Shown here: one piece after another, positions 1 to 12,504 of the stretch | Layout: every line of letters starts with the position of its first letter | Position numbering within the stretch: the first letter of the stretch is position 1 | Source: Phallusia mammillata | Taxonomy: Eukaryota | DNA: 64,000 nucleotides | NCBI GenBank assembly: GCA_965637545.1 | Contig: OZ281496.1 | Coordinates: forward strand, 28,458,001-28,522,000 | Direction: 5' to 3' | Translations under genes and position numbers: made by a program | Notes under the pieces: model-generated | What the model was told of the DNA's origin: nothing | The model's database searches: none | The model's input: only the letters and a program-made list of their open reading frames with translations

Positions 1-720
1 TTTAAAAATCCGTTTCCATATCCAAAAGAACAGCTTGCAGGGAACAGAAATATTACACACAACATTTCTTTAAAGTACAGCACCTTATAACAACAGTAAG
101 TTGCAGCATATGTAGAAACATAATATCCAGGATTACATTAGGACTACGACACCCTAAACTAGATTAAGTAAAGACAAAAAAGTAGTTATTGCAGCTTACT
201 AGGTAGATAAACTATCTGAAAACATGATCAAACATCACCTTTCAACACACACAAGAGGTTACTACAGCTCTTTGGGTCACTGCAGAACAAATGTATGTAA
301 GTTAGAACTGAGTGCGCACCGTTGGCAGATCTCCTGCCTGCAGCTAAAACGTAAGAAAAAAGTCTGCTGGAAGGCCAATCGGGTCAAAAGTTGCCGGTTG
401 GGCTGCGTGTAGTTAAGTGCTTCCAAGCATCTGAGTGTTTTCATGACTGAATGGTGCATCAAAGCAGTGGATCTAAAGGTTTTGTGACCGCTACTTTAAA
501 GAGCAGCTATGGAAAATTAACATACAAATTCCAACAAGCATTTACTTCAGGTTGAGCATTGTAACAACATGATGTATGGTACAACAAGTACAAAATATCA
601 ACTAGCAACGTGAGAAAAATGCGGTTACAAAAAAATTAACATTTTAATCCACTTCATGCAGTACCGTTAAACAAAATGAGGCCAACAACTAAATGTTCAA
701 AACAAATGCATTGTTTGCAG

Positions 721-3187
721 CTAGATCAAGATTCTCTCACAGATTGCGAGTGCATATCGTGTACACCAACCGTCGTCCATCTGAAAGTTTAAACTCGGAT
801 ACAACCATGCACAATCTTGTCCTCCACCGTAGTTGTCAGGTTGACCACTTGAAAAATTGGTATTGTAGGTTGTCATGGCAACGCCATCAACATATTTCCA
901 AACCCCTTCTTGGTCGATGTCGGACAAGCCAATCCAGTATATCAAACTGGGGCGTAGCAGATTGTCAATAATGGAGCTTGAAAATAGTTTAGATAATGTA
1001 ATTGCTAGTTTCTTAATAAGGTTACTGTCACAAATGAAATAAACTATGTGGTGCATAGCGGACAACGTGAATTAAACCAAATTACGTGACTTGCAAATTT
1101 GTTACTTCTAAAATGTTATTGAGGCTCAACATGACAGTAGTGTTTATTCATTCACGTTTAATCGAGTTACTATGCAACACAACTAAAAGTTACCATATAG
1201 TGACAAGTAACAATTCGCTGCCAAGTAATAAAGAAATCTGAAAAAAGACGACCTCATAAAATGTGTTGAAATACTAGCAAATGGATTTAAAGTGTTACAG
1301 TTAGTAAAAAATGTTGGGCCCACGTCCTAAATCTATGTTACATAGCCTACCGGCGAACAGTAGCGTTTCTCATTCCCCAGGCTGCCAAATCTCCACCAAT
1401 TGACTGGCAATATGTTCTTGAGTCTGCCCAATTTCTTTCAGTTGTCATAACCACGTGGTCAATTTCTAAAACAAACTATAATTACTAAAACCATATCTGG
1501 ATTTTTAGATTCTTAAAATCTTTCGCAAAACCTTGCTCACAATGCTCTCCTTGGTAAAACATTTCACAAGAACAGTTGTAGCCGGTTGTTGTGTCCAGGC
1601 AAGTTCCATTATTTTTGCAGAGATGGTCGTTCGCCGAGCAAAAGGTGGGCTCTGAAAATTTTTAAACTTACAACTTTAAACATTCACACAACAGTACATG
1701 GGGTATTGTTCTTGAAAACAAGATTCTATGTTTTATAATTGGCTTACGGCAGTGTGTTCCATTTCCTGTGTAATTTGCGATGCAAGAACATTCAAAACTG
1801 CCCACTGTGTTGATACAAGTTGCGTGTTGATGACAGTTGTGTGTTCCACTCGTACATTCATTGATGTCTAAACAATAGTGTTTTTATGTATATATTGCCA
1901 TCAGGCTATCTCGACTTCCTCAACGAGATCTTTTTACCTATCTCACAATCTTCTTTTTGGTCTATGCCTTTACAGTAGCAGAACTCCGCATTGATTCCAT
2001 CGTTTTGACAAGTTCGGTCGCAGTGGTGCTTTCCTGCCGCCAAGTAAGTGATATTACAAAAAATAAAGTTTGACGCTATATGGGCACTATTCGCTTACTC
2101 GTGAATGAAAATGATGTCTGCGAAGGGTCACATGACATACTGGAAACGCCGTTTTTAGTTGAATCATTATATGAGGTTTGTTCTTCATCAGAATAAAAAG
2201 TAACCGTTCCTCCGTTTTCTACAAAAAATAACAAAGGTTTATTATTTTCGAAGATGTTTTCATAAGCAAATCAGAGTAACCAGACCTTTTAAAACCCCGG
2301 CGTGAATAGCAGCCGCACACACAGACGAATTGCTGTTGTAGAAATTAGTCCCACATACGTAGTTGGAACGACAACCAGAAGGACAATCAACATCAGTCAC
2401 TGAGAATTCTGAGTTTCCCTTTGTGCTGCATTTCACTACGAGCAACACATGAGTTTTATGATTTGCTTAGCTATGGACGAACTTGTCATACTTTGAAAGG
2501 AGTAGGTGAATGAAGTAGAAAAGCACGATTCGCTGGTCACGCTGTATCTTATAGTGCCTTCGTACTTGGACACTGGTTCACTTTTGAACACCTCAAAGTA
2601 TCCTCCATCTTCTAAACGTGGTAATTGTAGAGAAGTTAACAAAGGTCTGATCGTTACTCGGTTCAAAAATATATTTTCGACAATAATTGCAGTTCAAACA
2701 TTTATTGATGGATACAGTACCAAGCAGACCAATCGAATTTAAAAGTTGGATACCTTTTGAACTTTAAACATTAACACATGCTTATATAGTGGCAAAAAAG
2801 CACGAAAAAATACTATTTTATTAAAAATACTACTAAATGCATACATTTTATTATTTGAAACGCAACTTACTATCCATCAGTCCAGCGTGCATCGCAGCAA
2901 GACACAGAGGACCTCTGGCGTAGTCGTCAGTCCCACATAAATCTGCATGTTGCATCCAACAGCCGCCGGGACAAATTACTTTTGTGATCGAGTGTTTTAA
3001 ATCCGAAAGTTTAGTCTCGCATGTGGCTATGTAAGATTTGGTTAGTTTTGCTAAGTCGTCTTTGAAACAAATGAATGTGAAATTAAGAAACTACCAAATG
3101 TATGCGATAGTTACCTTCCATTGCTTCGCAAGTTTGTAAGGCAGCCATCAAGGCGACATAGAGTTTCAAACAATTTAATAACAACAT
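721..3187 (-). CDS. Secreted LCCL-LCCL-EGF x3-C-type lectin protein, paralog B (10 coding exons)
   Basis: Hand-spliced exons 3115-3187 (signal peptide [22 protein letters not shown]), 2871-3059, 2492-2611, 2286-2435, 2099-2218 (LCCL halves: [19 protein letters not shown]; [23 protein letters not shown]), 1938-2033, 1748-1867 (DINEC calcium-binding EGF), 1532-1651, 1351-1465 and 721-976 (CTLD: WIGLSD, QPD, MDD, AICE). All GT-AG, with consistent phases and no internal stop. Confidence 0.85.
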
Positions 3188-4185
3188 TATTTAAATCTTA
3201 CAATGAAGGCAATTGTATAATTTACTAATATTTGACGGTGTTGTTTTTCTATCTTGATATCTTTGCTAAAAACTTTTTAATGGATAAAACTGTCTGATAT
3301 TTGTAGGAACCAATTCGATGATAACTAAGTGTAGCTAATATGTCTGATTGTGACTGTAGAACTAATTTAAATTTCAAAACCTCTACTTGAGCTAAACCAG
3401 ATGGTAAACTAAACCAAGAGATATCATAGTGATCACGCGAAACTGTTATTGTAATTGCAAATTAGACGCTGTGTCATAGGCCATACACTTACGCGTCACG
3501 TGATGACTGATCAAAACAAGCGGGAATATTGGATGACATCACAATGTAAATTGTTTGCTTCAAATGATGATAGCTGTTGGTGGAAATGACAATATACCTG
3601 ACATAAAGACAACCATGAACGAACCAGAGTGTTTGAAACAAATGGAAATTGTTTAAATCGTCGATGTAGCCCAGTGATCACGTCACACGCATATTTTTTT
3701 AAACGTCAGTTTAAACCCATACAAGGTAGCTTCCAAAAAACATCACACTCAGCATTTTATTAGGGCTGCAGCACCCTATACCGATAACAATTAGTGCCCC
3801 AGCAAGTTGATATTGCATTCTAGCTCTGTGTAACATAATATCCAATATTAAATAACGCCTACAACACGGCAAACCGACTACAATATGTACATACAAGTAG
3901 TTATTGGGGATTAGTGGTTAACCAATGACAAAATAACTGTGATAACATCCGCTATCTTTTAACACACACACAAGAGGTTATGTTGCATAAGTTTTGTGGC
4001 TATTACATTGCGGAACAAACTAACAGTTAGATAGTTAGATAACAGTAGATACTTAACAGTAGCAGCAAGTGTTTATTGTTAGTTGCGAACCCATGTGTTA
4101 AATCGAAATATTTAAACATTTCAGGTAAGACCTTTAGCTTTAATTAGCTAAGATATATTTATTTGAATAATCACTACTCGTAATT

Positions 4186-4246
4186 TCGCAGCAAGACACA
4201 GGGGACCGCTGGCGTAATCGTCAGTCCCACAAAAATCTGAGTGTTG
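4186..4246 (-). pseudogene. Truncated third copy of the first LCCL exon
   Basis: 61 bp closely matching 7509-7569 and 2892-2952 (tcgcagcaagacacag..tcgtcagtcccaca..), without its own splice sites or the rest of the exon. Confidence 0.75.
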
Positions 4247-4417
4247 TTTTCAGTGGAAGTAACGAAAAAGCAAAGAAAAAACAGAAACAAGGACAGTTTG
4301 TTTAAAAATAGTTTTTTTTTCTTGTATCGTTCAATGACATGTTATAACACGTGGTGATATGTAGTTGAGAAATTTCTTTGACGACGCTAACTGTGGGAGA
4401 TAGTTACTTTTTTATTG

Positions 4418-7400
4418 TTAATTTAAGGTTCTTTCACAGATTGCACGGTAGTTTTGACCGCAATTGTCGTCGTCCATTCGATAGTTATTCTCCCGCTGCA
4501 ATCTCGCGCAATCCGCATCGCCAAGCGAGTCGTTCGGTTCGCCATCAGCGAAATCAGTGTTTGCGGCTGTCGCGTTAACGCCGTCAATATATTTCCAAAT
4601 TCCTTCCTGCTCGATGTCAGACAAACCGATCCAGTAGTGGACATAGGCACCGGGTCGTACCACATTTTCGATAATCCAGCTAAAAAAAACACCTTTCGGT
4701 TTATATTCCTGTATTCCAAGGTATAAAGTTTGTTTTCAGTCAAATTACGTTAAAGACTTAAAGCATCAAATAAATCTGGGGGGTTTAATTACAATGAGGT
4801 TAAATGCAAAGCAACGTGGCACAAAATTATTGGTACATTTAAGGCCTCACTAAAAACCGTACGTTGCCGGGTTTACGAAAGCCCAGTATCTGCTCTTTAA
4901 CTTGTTGCCGATTTAAAAGAGTTTCATAAAACAGTAAGCGTGGTGCGTCGGCAACGGTAAAAACTAATCAAAGTCGGCTTACTAAATTCCCTGATTGCGC
5001 GTGGTAAGGGGCCGCTGAAAACTAGAACAACATACTTGCGGGTCGACGCGTTTCTCATGCCCCAAGTGGCGAGATCTCCACTGATTGACTGACAATATGA
5101 TCTTGACTCAGTCCAGGTCATTGCAGTGGTTGTCAATTGATGATCTTCACTAACTGTCAGTAGATAAGTAGTTTTAAACGACCAAGCCATTCTATATTAT
5201 ATTTTAAAGTATTTGTATAACAAGCTACATTAAATCGAAAATGATGAATCAATGCAGAAATTTTAATTTCGTTTTCTAAACTTAACAAAATGTACCTCTA
5301 AACTACAGTTTAAAATATAGTTTGAAGGAATACCTGTCTGACAGTTGTTTCCCGTGTACCAGACAGTACAAGAACATGTGTAATCTGTGCTGGTATCTAC
5401 ACACGTTCCGCTGTTCTGACAAAGACCAGGGTTGGAGGCGCAAAAATTTGGTGCTAAAAGTAGAGAGTGGGTCAGACACTAAAGAAGTAGGCTACAGCAA
5501 GGTTTACCGCCTAACTTACCACATACTGTTCCATTTCCTGTGTAGTTTGCGTTGCATGAACATTGGAAACCACCCGCTGTGTTGATGCAAGTTGCGTATT
5601 GGTGGCAGTTGTGTGTTCCACTCGTACATTCGTTGAGGTCTTTACAGAAACACGAAAAACGATTGGCACGTTACGCAGCGGTCAAAATGTTTGCAAAACC
5701 AATTTACCAGTTTCGCAATGCTGACCAGTGTAACCATCAAGGCACAAACAGTTGTAACTGATTTCGGTATCAAGGCACGTTGCTCCATTTTGACAAATTC
5801 CGACACTTTGCGTGCAATAGTCAGAGACTAAAAAATATAAAAGTCTTAATTGAAGTAACCATCGAGAATTCAAATACCATTTTAAATGGATGAGAATAAA
5901 AAATTCTCAGGTACCGCATTGTGTGCCATTTCCTGTGTAGTTTGCGTTGCATGAACATTGGAAACTACCCACTGTGTTATTGCAAGTTGCGTATTGGTGA
6001 CAGTTGTGTGATCGAGTCGTGCATTCGTCGATATCTAAATAAACATTGCGAACGTAAAATTCTGCGTACAACAGTAAGAACTAAGATGCTTACCGATTTC
6101 ACAGTCCTCGCCTTTGGTCCCTGGTAGACAGGAACAGAATTCCGCATTGATTCCCGACAAACATTGACCTTCATTTTGACAGCTTCGCAAACAAGTGTTT
6201 TCATCTAAAAAAATTTAAACGATTAATTAAACGATGTCAAGTTTATAGAGCTCTTCTGGCAAACATATTTTTAAACCGACGTTTCGACGTCCAAAACAGG
6301 TCGCCTTTATCAGGGTATTATAGGGATGGGCCGAGCTGAGCTAGAAACCGAGTACTCGGTATACCGAGCATCGCTGTTTTTGATGCTCGGTGCTCGGCCG
6401 AGCAGTTGCACAAACTGACCCGAGCGTTGAACAAAAACGAATGATTTTTTAAATGCACTAGATGGTGGATAAACGCGAACTTTATGGGCATGTGCAGCTT
6501 AATAAAACACTGCCGGTGACGTAAGAGGCCTTGTAGGGCTAAAACGTAAAGAGGGGATTTTTTGTGACGTCATAATGCACCGAGCGTGCTCGACCAAACA
6601 GAACATTCGCAGTTTTGGCACATCCCTCGGAGGGTAAATAACACTGAATGCGCGAAGTACAGTGCACCATAAACAAACGAAAAAAGAATTAACGCAAGCG
6701 CTTCACAACGCAACGAAAACACTTTGTGATAACGAATGATTTGGGCTCTAATTAAAGGATGTATACAACTGCTTTGTGGTACTTAGTTTTGTAGGGTTGT
6801 GTATTAATCCAGTCCATAATGTTAACAAAAGTAAAAAAAATCTACAAAAACATACCGACATAGTAAAATGAACTGCGCAAAATTTCACTTGACTGCGTTT
6901 CTTTACTTTCACGCATGTAAAAGGTCACCGCACCTCCGTTATCTGAAAAAAAAATCCAGTAGTGGACAAGTTCTATTTTTTGGAAACAAACAAAATATAA
7001 TCTACGAACCAGTTAAAATTCCTTCCTTAATAGCAGCCGCACAAACAGACGAATTGCTGTTGTACAGGTTTGTCCCACACACGTAGTTGGAACGACAACC
7101 GGGAGGACAAACAACATTAGTTACTGAAAATTCTGAGTATCCCTTTGTGCTGCATTTCACTAAGCAAAAATCAAAATTATGGTATTTACTTTGAAATGCA
7201 TACGAAGTTCTTACTTAGAAATGAATATGTGTTGGTGGTGGAACCACACGATTCGCTGGTGACGCCAAATCTTGTTGTGCCATTATACATGGGAAGTGGG
7301 TCGCTTTTGAACACCTCAAAATATCCTCCTTCATCTAAAATATAATTTTACCACTATTCAAAGTTTTCTTAGTTGCAATGCAAATATATGCCAAACAAGA

Positions 7401-7928
7401 CAAAATGCTCACTAATTTAACACGAAATTTGCAAGGTAATGTACAGGTTTACTGTGGGATACGTTGTGGTCAAACGAGACGACTTACTGTCCATTAGTCC
7501 AGCATGCATCGCAGCAAGACACAGAGGGCCACTGGCGTAGTCGTCAGTCCCACACAAATCTGAATGTTGCATCCAACAGCCGCCAGGACAAACGACTTTT
7601 GTGATGGAGTGTTTCAAATCCGACAGTTTAGTGTCACATGTGGCTAAACACAAATTAGGTTTTTCTATTTATCATGTCACAGTTACACTTTGCAGTCAAG
7701 TATTACATTAGAATTTTTACAGTGTAATTTTGACAACTCGCGTGTACCACATAAACGTGCCTTCATGCAGAAACATTAACTGATGTTGCCATAGTAGGTT
7801 AAATATGAGATGAAACGGTTTTACTTGTTTTTAGTTGTACCTTGCAAGGATATACTTCCTTGAAAATGGGATAAAATCCGCACCAGCAAAACGTAAAAAC
7901 CAATAATCCAATTTAGCGACTTAGCCAT
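4418..7928 (-). CDS. Secreted LCCL-LCCL-EGF x5-C-type lectin protein, paralog A (12 coding exons)
   Basis: Exons 7841-7928 (signal peptide [24 protein letters not shown]), 7488-7643, 7215-7334, 7010-7159, 6856-6942 (LCCL), 6094-6204, 5915-6034, 5708-5827, 5520-5639, 5334-5453 (EGF/EGF-Ca, phase 1-1), 5036-5153 and 4418-4679 (CTLD: WIGLSD, EPN, MDD, AICE). Continuous open frame after splicing. Confidence 0.85.
6274..6316 (-). ncRNA. Degenerate hammerhead-ribozyme-like motif (probably inactive)
   Basis: Minus strand reads acc-CTGATAA-aGGCG..CGTC-GAAAC-GTC-ggt. The core G8 position is mutated (CUGAUAA instead of CUGANGA). Confidence 0.4.
6321..6628. mobile_element. hAT-like MITE in an intron of lectin paralog A
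   Basis: Imperfect terminal inverted repeats TAGGGATGGGCCGA / TTGGCACATCCCTC and internal ccgagc repeats. No clear TSD. Confidence 0.5.
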
Positions 7929-10251
7929 TATAAAAATTCTACAGTCTCAAAATTACAAAACTGTATTAGTCTAAAGATTTCCTAAAACATGACGGGTGCC
8001 ACTAGCTGCCACCTTTGCGAAAAGGTGGTGTACAAAATATTGCATACTAAGTACTAGGTTATATTAGTTGCCAACCAAAAAGTTAGTAAGCAAGTAGGTA
8101 GGTTAACCAAACTTGTATACAACTATAGTTAATAAATCAAATCAGTTTTGCCTTAACATAAAGATAAACAAGAACGGGATAAAATATGATATAACTCATG
8201 TTTCTCAAGCCTAACAATATTTACGATACGTCAAAATCCCCAATAACGCCAAAATGCGACTAAACAACAGACAAACGACTCTTAAGTGGGCATTTGGTTA
8301 ATAGCCAACGTTTGACCCACTTCGGGTCAAGTAGTTAAATACCGTTTAACGGGTTATGAACCTTCTATATTTGTCTACATATAAATGTCATTTAGCAGTT
8401 GGCTGAGCCCAGAGCAGCGCACTTTCTATCTAAATGTCAGATAAATTGCTAACGAAAAGGAGCAACTCTATAAATAACAAATTGTCAAATTTGACACTGC
8501 TGTTCTGTGTTCTACGGGGCTACAATGTTATAAATACACTGTGATAAATATGTTGGTACACACACAAGCTACATACTTAAAAAATGGTAGAATGTTGCTC
8601 AAAAATAAGAATTTATGTTTGCCAGTAAAGTTTGCCTAGGTTTGCAAGTTTATGGCTATTTTTTCCATATATACTTTGCAAAATAAAACTCATTGACATC
8701 TACCTCAATTGGAGAACAGTATGGACAAACTTGTAAGCTAAGGAAGGAAATTACAAGAAGAGTAAAATATTTTGGTACAATTATCTTGCGTTGACATGCA
8801 TACTCAAATATGAGTAAACGAAGCAAATTAAGATGTACGGTAGTCCGATTTTTCAATAAAAACATTTGTAGTGATGAGTTTTCCCACTGTCTAATTTCAA
8901 ATTAATTTATTTATTTTGAGTAGGGTCCCAAATTTATTTTAGCAAGGAATCAATTGAAGCATTAATTATGTTTTATGTTCAATTAGTATGATGTAACGGT
9001 GACAAACGAGGTCAAGTTTTAATTCTTACTTATTCTAACAAACAACCATAAGATAAATAAGTCGAATCGGCAAGCTTTGTAAATACATGTACTAATAGGA
9101 ACCTAAACGATCAAATAAAATGCCCATTTACACAAGAATCTTAGATGATTAATGATTTTGTTTGATTATTGTAAAGGTTTTTTAACACTTTATGGCCATA
9201 AATTATAATGACTGAGCCACAAAAAAAAACATGAATAGCTGACAAAAACAAAATGCAGTTCTGTTATTTGTAAACTTTTGTTATTAATTAAGGTTAGAAA
9301 AGAAGGCATTACTACCCAAGTTTAACATTAAAACAGGCAATTATGCAGTGGTTTTTCATTGTTGCTTTGAATCTGCAAAGTATAACAGCTGTATGACAAG
9401 AATAGAACCGGTTCCCTATTTTTATACAGTTGTGACCCCATCCAGATACGACTATCGTTTGAAAGTGGGATAGAACATGCGAAATTGACATGCAAAATAA
9501 CTTTTTAGGAGTGTAATGCACTGAGCAATACATGAACTTACTTTGCTACTGTTTAAGAAGCTTTCCAGAGTCTTTGCTTCAATTTCCCAACTGAATATAT
9601 CCACTGTGGTTTATAAAGTTCAATAAAAATGTAGAAGTGCAACAGTTATCTGCAATTGTGTGAAAGTCTCTGTGTTAAGCCAAAAATGTGGTAGAAAATA
9701 CCTCCATTTAGAAATGTGTATTGAGAAAATTACCATTGCCAAAATTAAAGTTGTGACGGAAGACAGGTAAGTCAGAATTTGTAATACAACTCATGAGAAA
9801 TTGACGTGATTACTTGGAACAGCAGTTTCTCTGCTTAATCAAAGACTCTTCTATTTTGTTTACACTGACCTAAAAAATACAGCAAAAACATTAAGAACAA
9901 AAAGTGCATTTCTTTTCTACCAGAGCTCGGGGACTAACATTAGATTATACAAAGTTTCGTGAGTCTGTGACCAGCTCATGACATATACCTAATTTTTATT
10001 AACTCCATGAGGTTTTCATTGTACTGAAGAAATAAAGCACCAAGACCAAGAAGGATTGAGAAACACTGCAATAGTGGTTACTACTTGTGGTTAGTCTTAT
10101 CTCTGACTAAAATCAGGGAATTTCATCATGCATTTGCCAAACATTTCAAAGGGAAAAGCGTAGGAAATGAAAACACTAAAACATGCGGTGCAGCATGCAC
10201 TATTGGGCTGTGGGTTTATTGTTATAGCTGTTAAAAACCTCATGGTTTTAT

Positions 10252-10427
10252 AACTTCCATACGTTGTCCATGAGTTTACATTTTCTCTGCAACAGAACTT
10301 CCATACGTTGTCCATGAGTTTACATTTTCTCTGCAACAGAACTTCCATACGTTGTCCATGAGTTTACATTTTCTCTGCAACAGAACTTCCATACGTTGTC
10401 CATGAGTTTACATTTTCTCTGCAACAA
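10252..10427. repeat. 44-bp minisatellite, 4 near-perfect copies
   Basis: Unit aacttccatacgttgtccatgagtttacattttctctgcaacag repeated head-to-tail with no spacers. Only the last base of copy 4 differs. Confidence 0.95.
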
Positions 10428-10835
10428 TGCCGTCGAAATTTCCATTTTAGTGAAGGTAATCATAGTTAAGTAACTTACTAACAGGACTACTATACACTAA
10501 CATATAATCAGCGTTCCCACGCAATTTTCGTTTTTAAAATCCATGCCTTTTCCAAAACTTTTCAAGAAAAAAATACCAAATTTCCATAACCTTAATCGAA
10601 AAAAAATTAGGAATTCCCATAGTAAAACTAGGAAAGAGGCTTTGGTATATGTAGCCAATTTACCATACTTGCATCGAATATACAAACGTTACGATATTTG
10701 AAATTCCTATCTCTATCTGGCATTTTCAGGGCAAAAGGTGCCAAATTCCATACTTTTTCAAGGACTTTTGCAAAAGATGGCTTTTTTCAAAACTTTTCCA
10801 GGCCTTAGAAATACAAAATTAAATTCCATAACTTT

Positions 10836-11602
10836 GTTTACCGCCTAACTTACCGCATACTGTTCCATTTCCTGTGTAGTTTGCGTTGCATGAACATTGG
10901 AAACTACCCGCTGTTTTGATACAAGTTGCGTGTTGGTGGCAGTTGTGTGTTTCACTCGTACATTCATTAATGTCTTTACAAAAACACGAAAAACGATTGG
11001 CACGTTACGTAGCGGTCAATATGTTTGCAAAACCAATTTACCAGTTTCCCAATGCTGACCAGTATAGCCATCAAGGCACTAACAGCTGTAACTGATTTCG
11101 GTATCAAGGCACGTTGCTCAATTTTGACAAATTCCGACACTTTGCGTGCAATAGTCAGGAACTAAAAAATACAAAAAGATTAATTAAAATAACAACCAAG
11201 TCGTATTTTGAAAGGATGAGAATGAAACAATTGTCAGTTACCGCATTGTGTGCCATTTCCTGTGTAGTTTGCGTTGCATGAACATTAGAAACTACCCACT
11301 GTGTTGATACAAATTGCGTGTTGATGACAGTTGTGTGTTCCACTTGTACATTCATTGAAATCTGATTATTATTTTTGAACAGAAGTTAAAAGATTTAACG
11401 TTTGTATCTCGCAAGTTATTAGATACAAACAGAAAACATCTTGCGTTTTTGAACACTTAACAACTAACCGCATTTGATGCCATTCCCTACGTAATTTGCC
11501 TTGCAAGAACATTTGAAACCACCCACTGTGTTGTTGCAAGTTGCGTATTGGTGGCAGTTGTGTGATTCAGTTGTACATTCGTCATCATGAACACATGGAG
11601 AC
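10836..11602 (-). pseudogene. Orphan EGF-exon cassette duplicated from lectin paralog A
   Basis: Exons 11242-11361, 11042-11161 and 10854-10973 and their introns align with 5502-6034. In-frame stops at 11285-11287 (TAA), 11118-11120 (TGA) and 11079-11081 (TAG). An extra EGF-Ca exon lies at about 11469-11602. No signal, LCCL or CTLD exons accompany the cassette. Confidence 0.85.
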
Positions 11603-12504
11603 CTAAAAATGCCGAAAATGCTTTGAAGGCTAACAACAAGGTAAAGGTGTTCTCGGACAGAAATGAAAACTTAGGTACCTATTAGTTCATTTCGACAAAA
11701 TCCAATTTTAAACTATTTCTCTTCGATTTGAAACTATTTTCTCATTCTGCTTGTCAAAATTACTTTATTGGGCAGTCTTGTGTTAAATGAGGCACCATCC
11801 CCTGTAATATAGCCTTTGACTTATACAAGTTTACCATCAGCCATTTGATTAGCAGGAAATCATGAACTAGAAAAGGTTGAGAAAAATTGAACAGGGTAGT
11901 GCTAAAACTGACGATTAGCCTACTGTTTGCCTTTTAAACCTAAAAGCTACAAAACTAAATGTTAAAAACCGCTTGCGAAAACAAAATCAGCTGGAATCAG
12001 TCATGCAAATTACGATTAAACAAAAACAAATGTTTTCTAATATTTTCGTAAAAACGAATATGATTAAGAAACGGCTCAGGAAAAAGACTTTAGTAGGATA
12101 ACACTCAACATAAAATAGTGAAAGTTTGGTGGCTTCGCATGAGATGGAAGATGTGAAACAGTTGTATAACATTAAAAACTCTATAGCTTGGGAAAAGTTT
12201 TAGTGCGTGGTAAAGAATGCATTGCAGGCACCGACCTGAGCATACATTAAATGCTCCCACTTCAGGTAATTTAAAATAGTTGGACCAAAGAATTAACAAA
12301 AACTTATGACAATGCTCAACAGATATATGGTGGTGATACATTCGTAACAAATTAAGCTTTCATTTTTGTACACCTTTGTTTAAATAATCAATTAATGCGC
12401 TTTAACTGCAAGGGTGTAAATAATAAACAATACAGTTTAAATCTGGTTGAGGAATTAGGTCATGAGACATAATTTTCTGTTGGCCCTTTAACATTTTTAT
12501 TTAC

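Noticed and set aside
9540-9830. Possible GH6 remnant (NFNFGNGNFLNTHF versus GFSINVGSFVNSTF)
   Set aside because: Short, low-complexity similarity with several stops; compatible with chance.
10252-10427. 44-bp repeats as a CRISPR array
   Set aside because: The copies are contiguous with no unique spacers, no cas genes are present, and the context is eukaryotic.
12100-12350. Possible further CesA-paralog transmembrane exon (..YAQVGACNAFFT..CEATK)
   Set aside because: Only a loose protein-level impression with stops; I could not get a convincing DNA alignment to exons 20-21. tBLASTn would decide.
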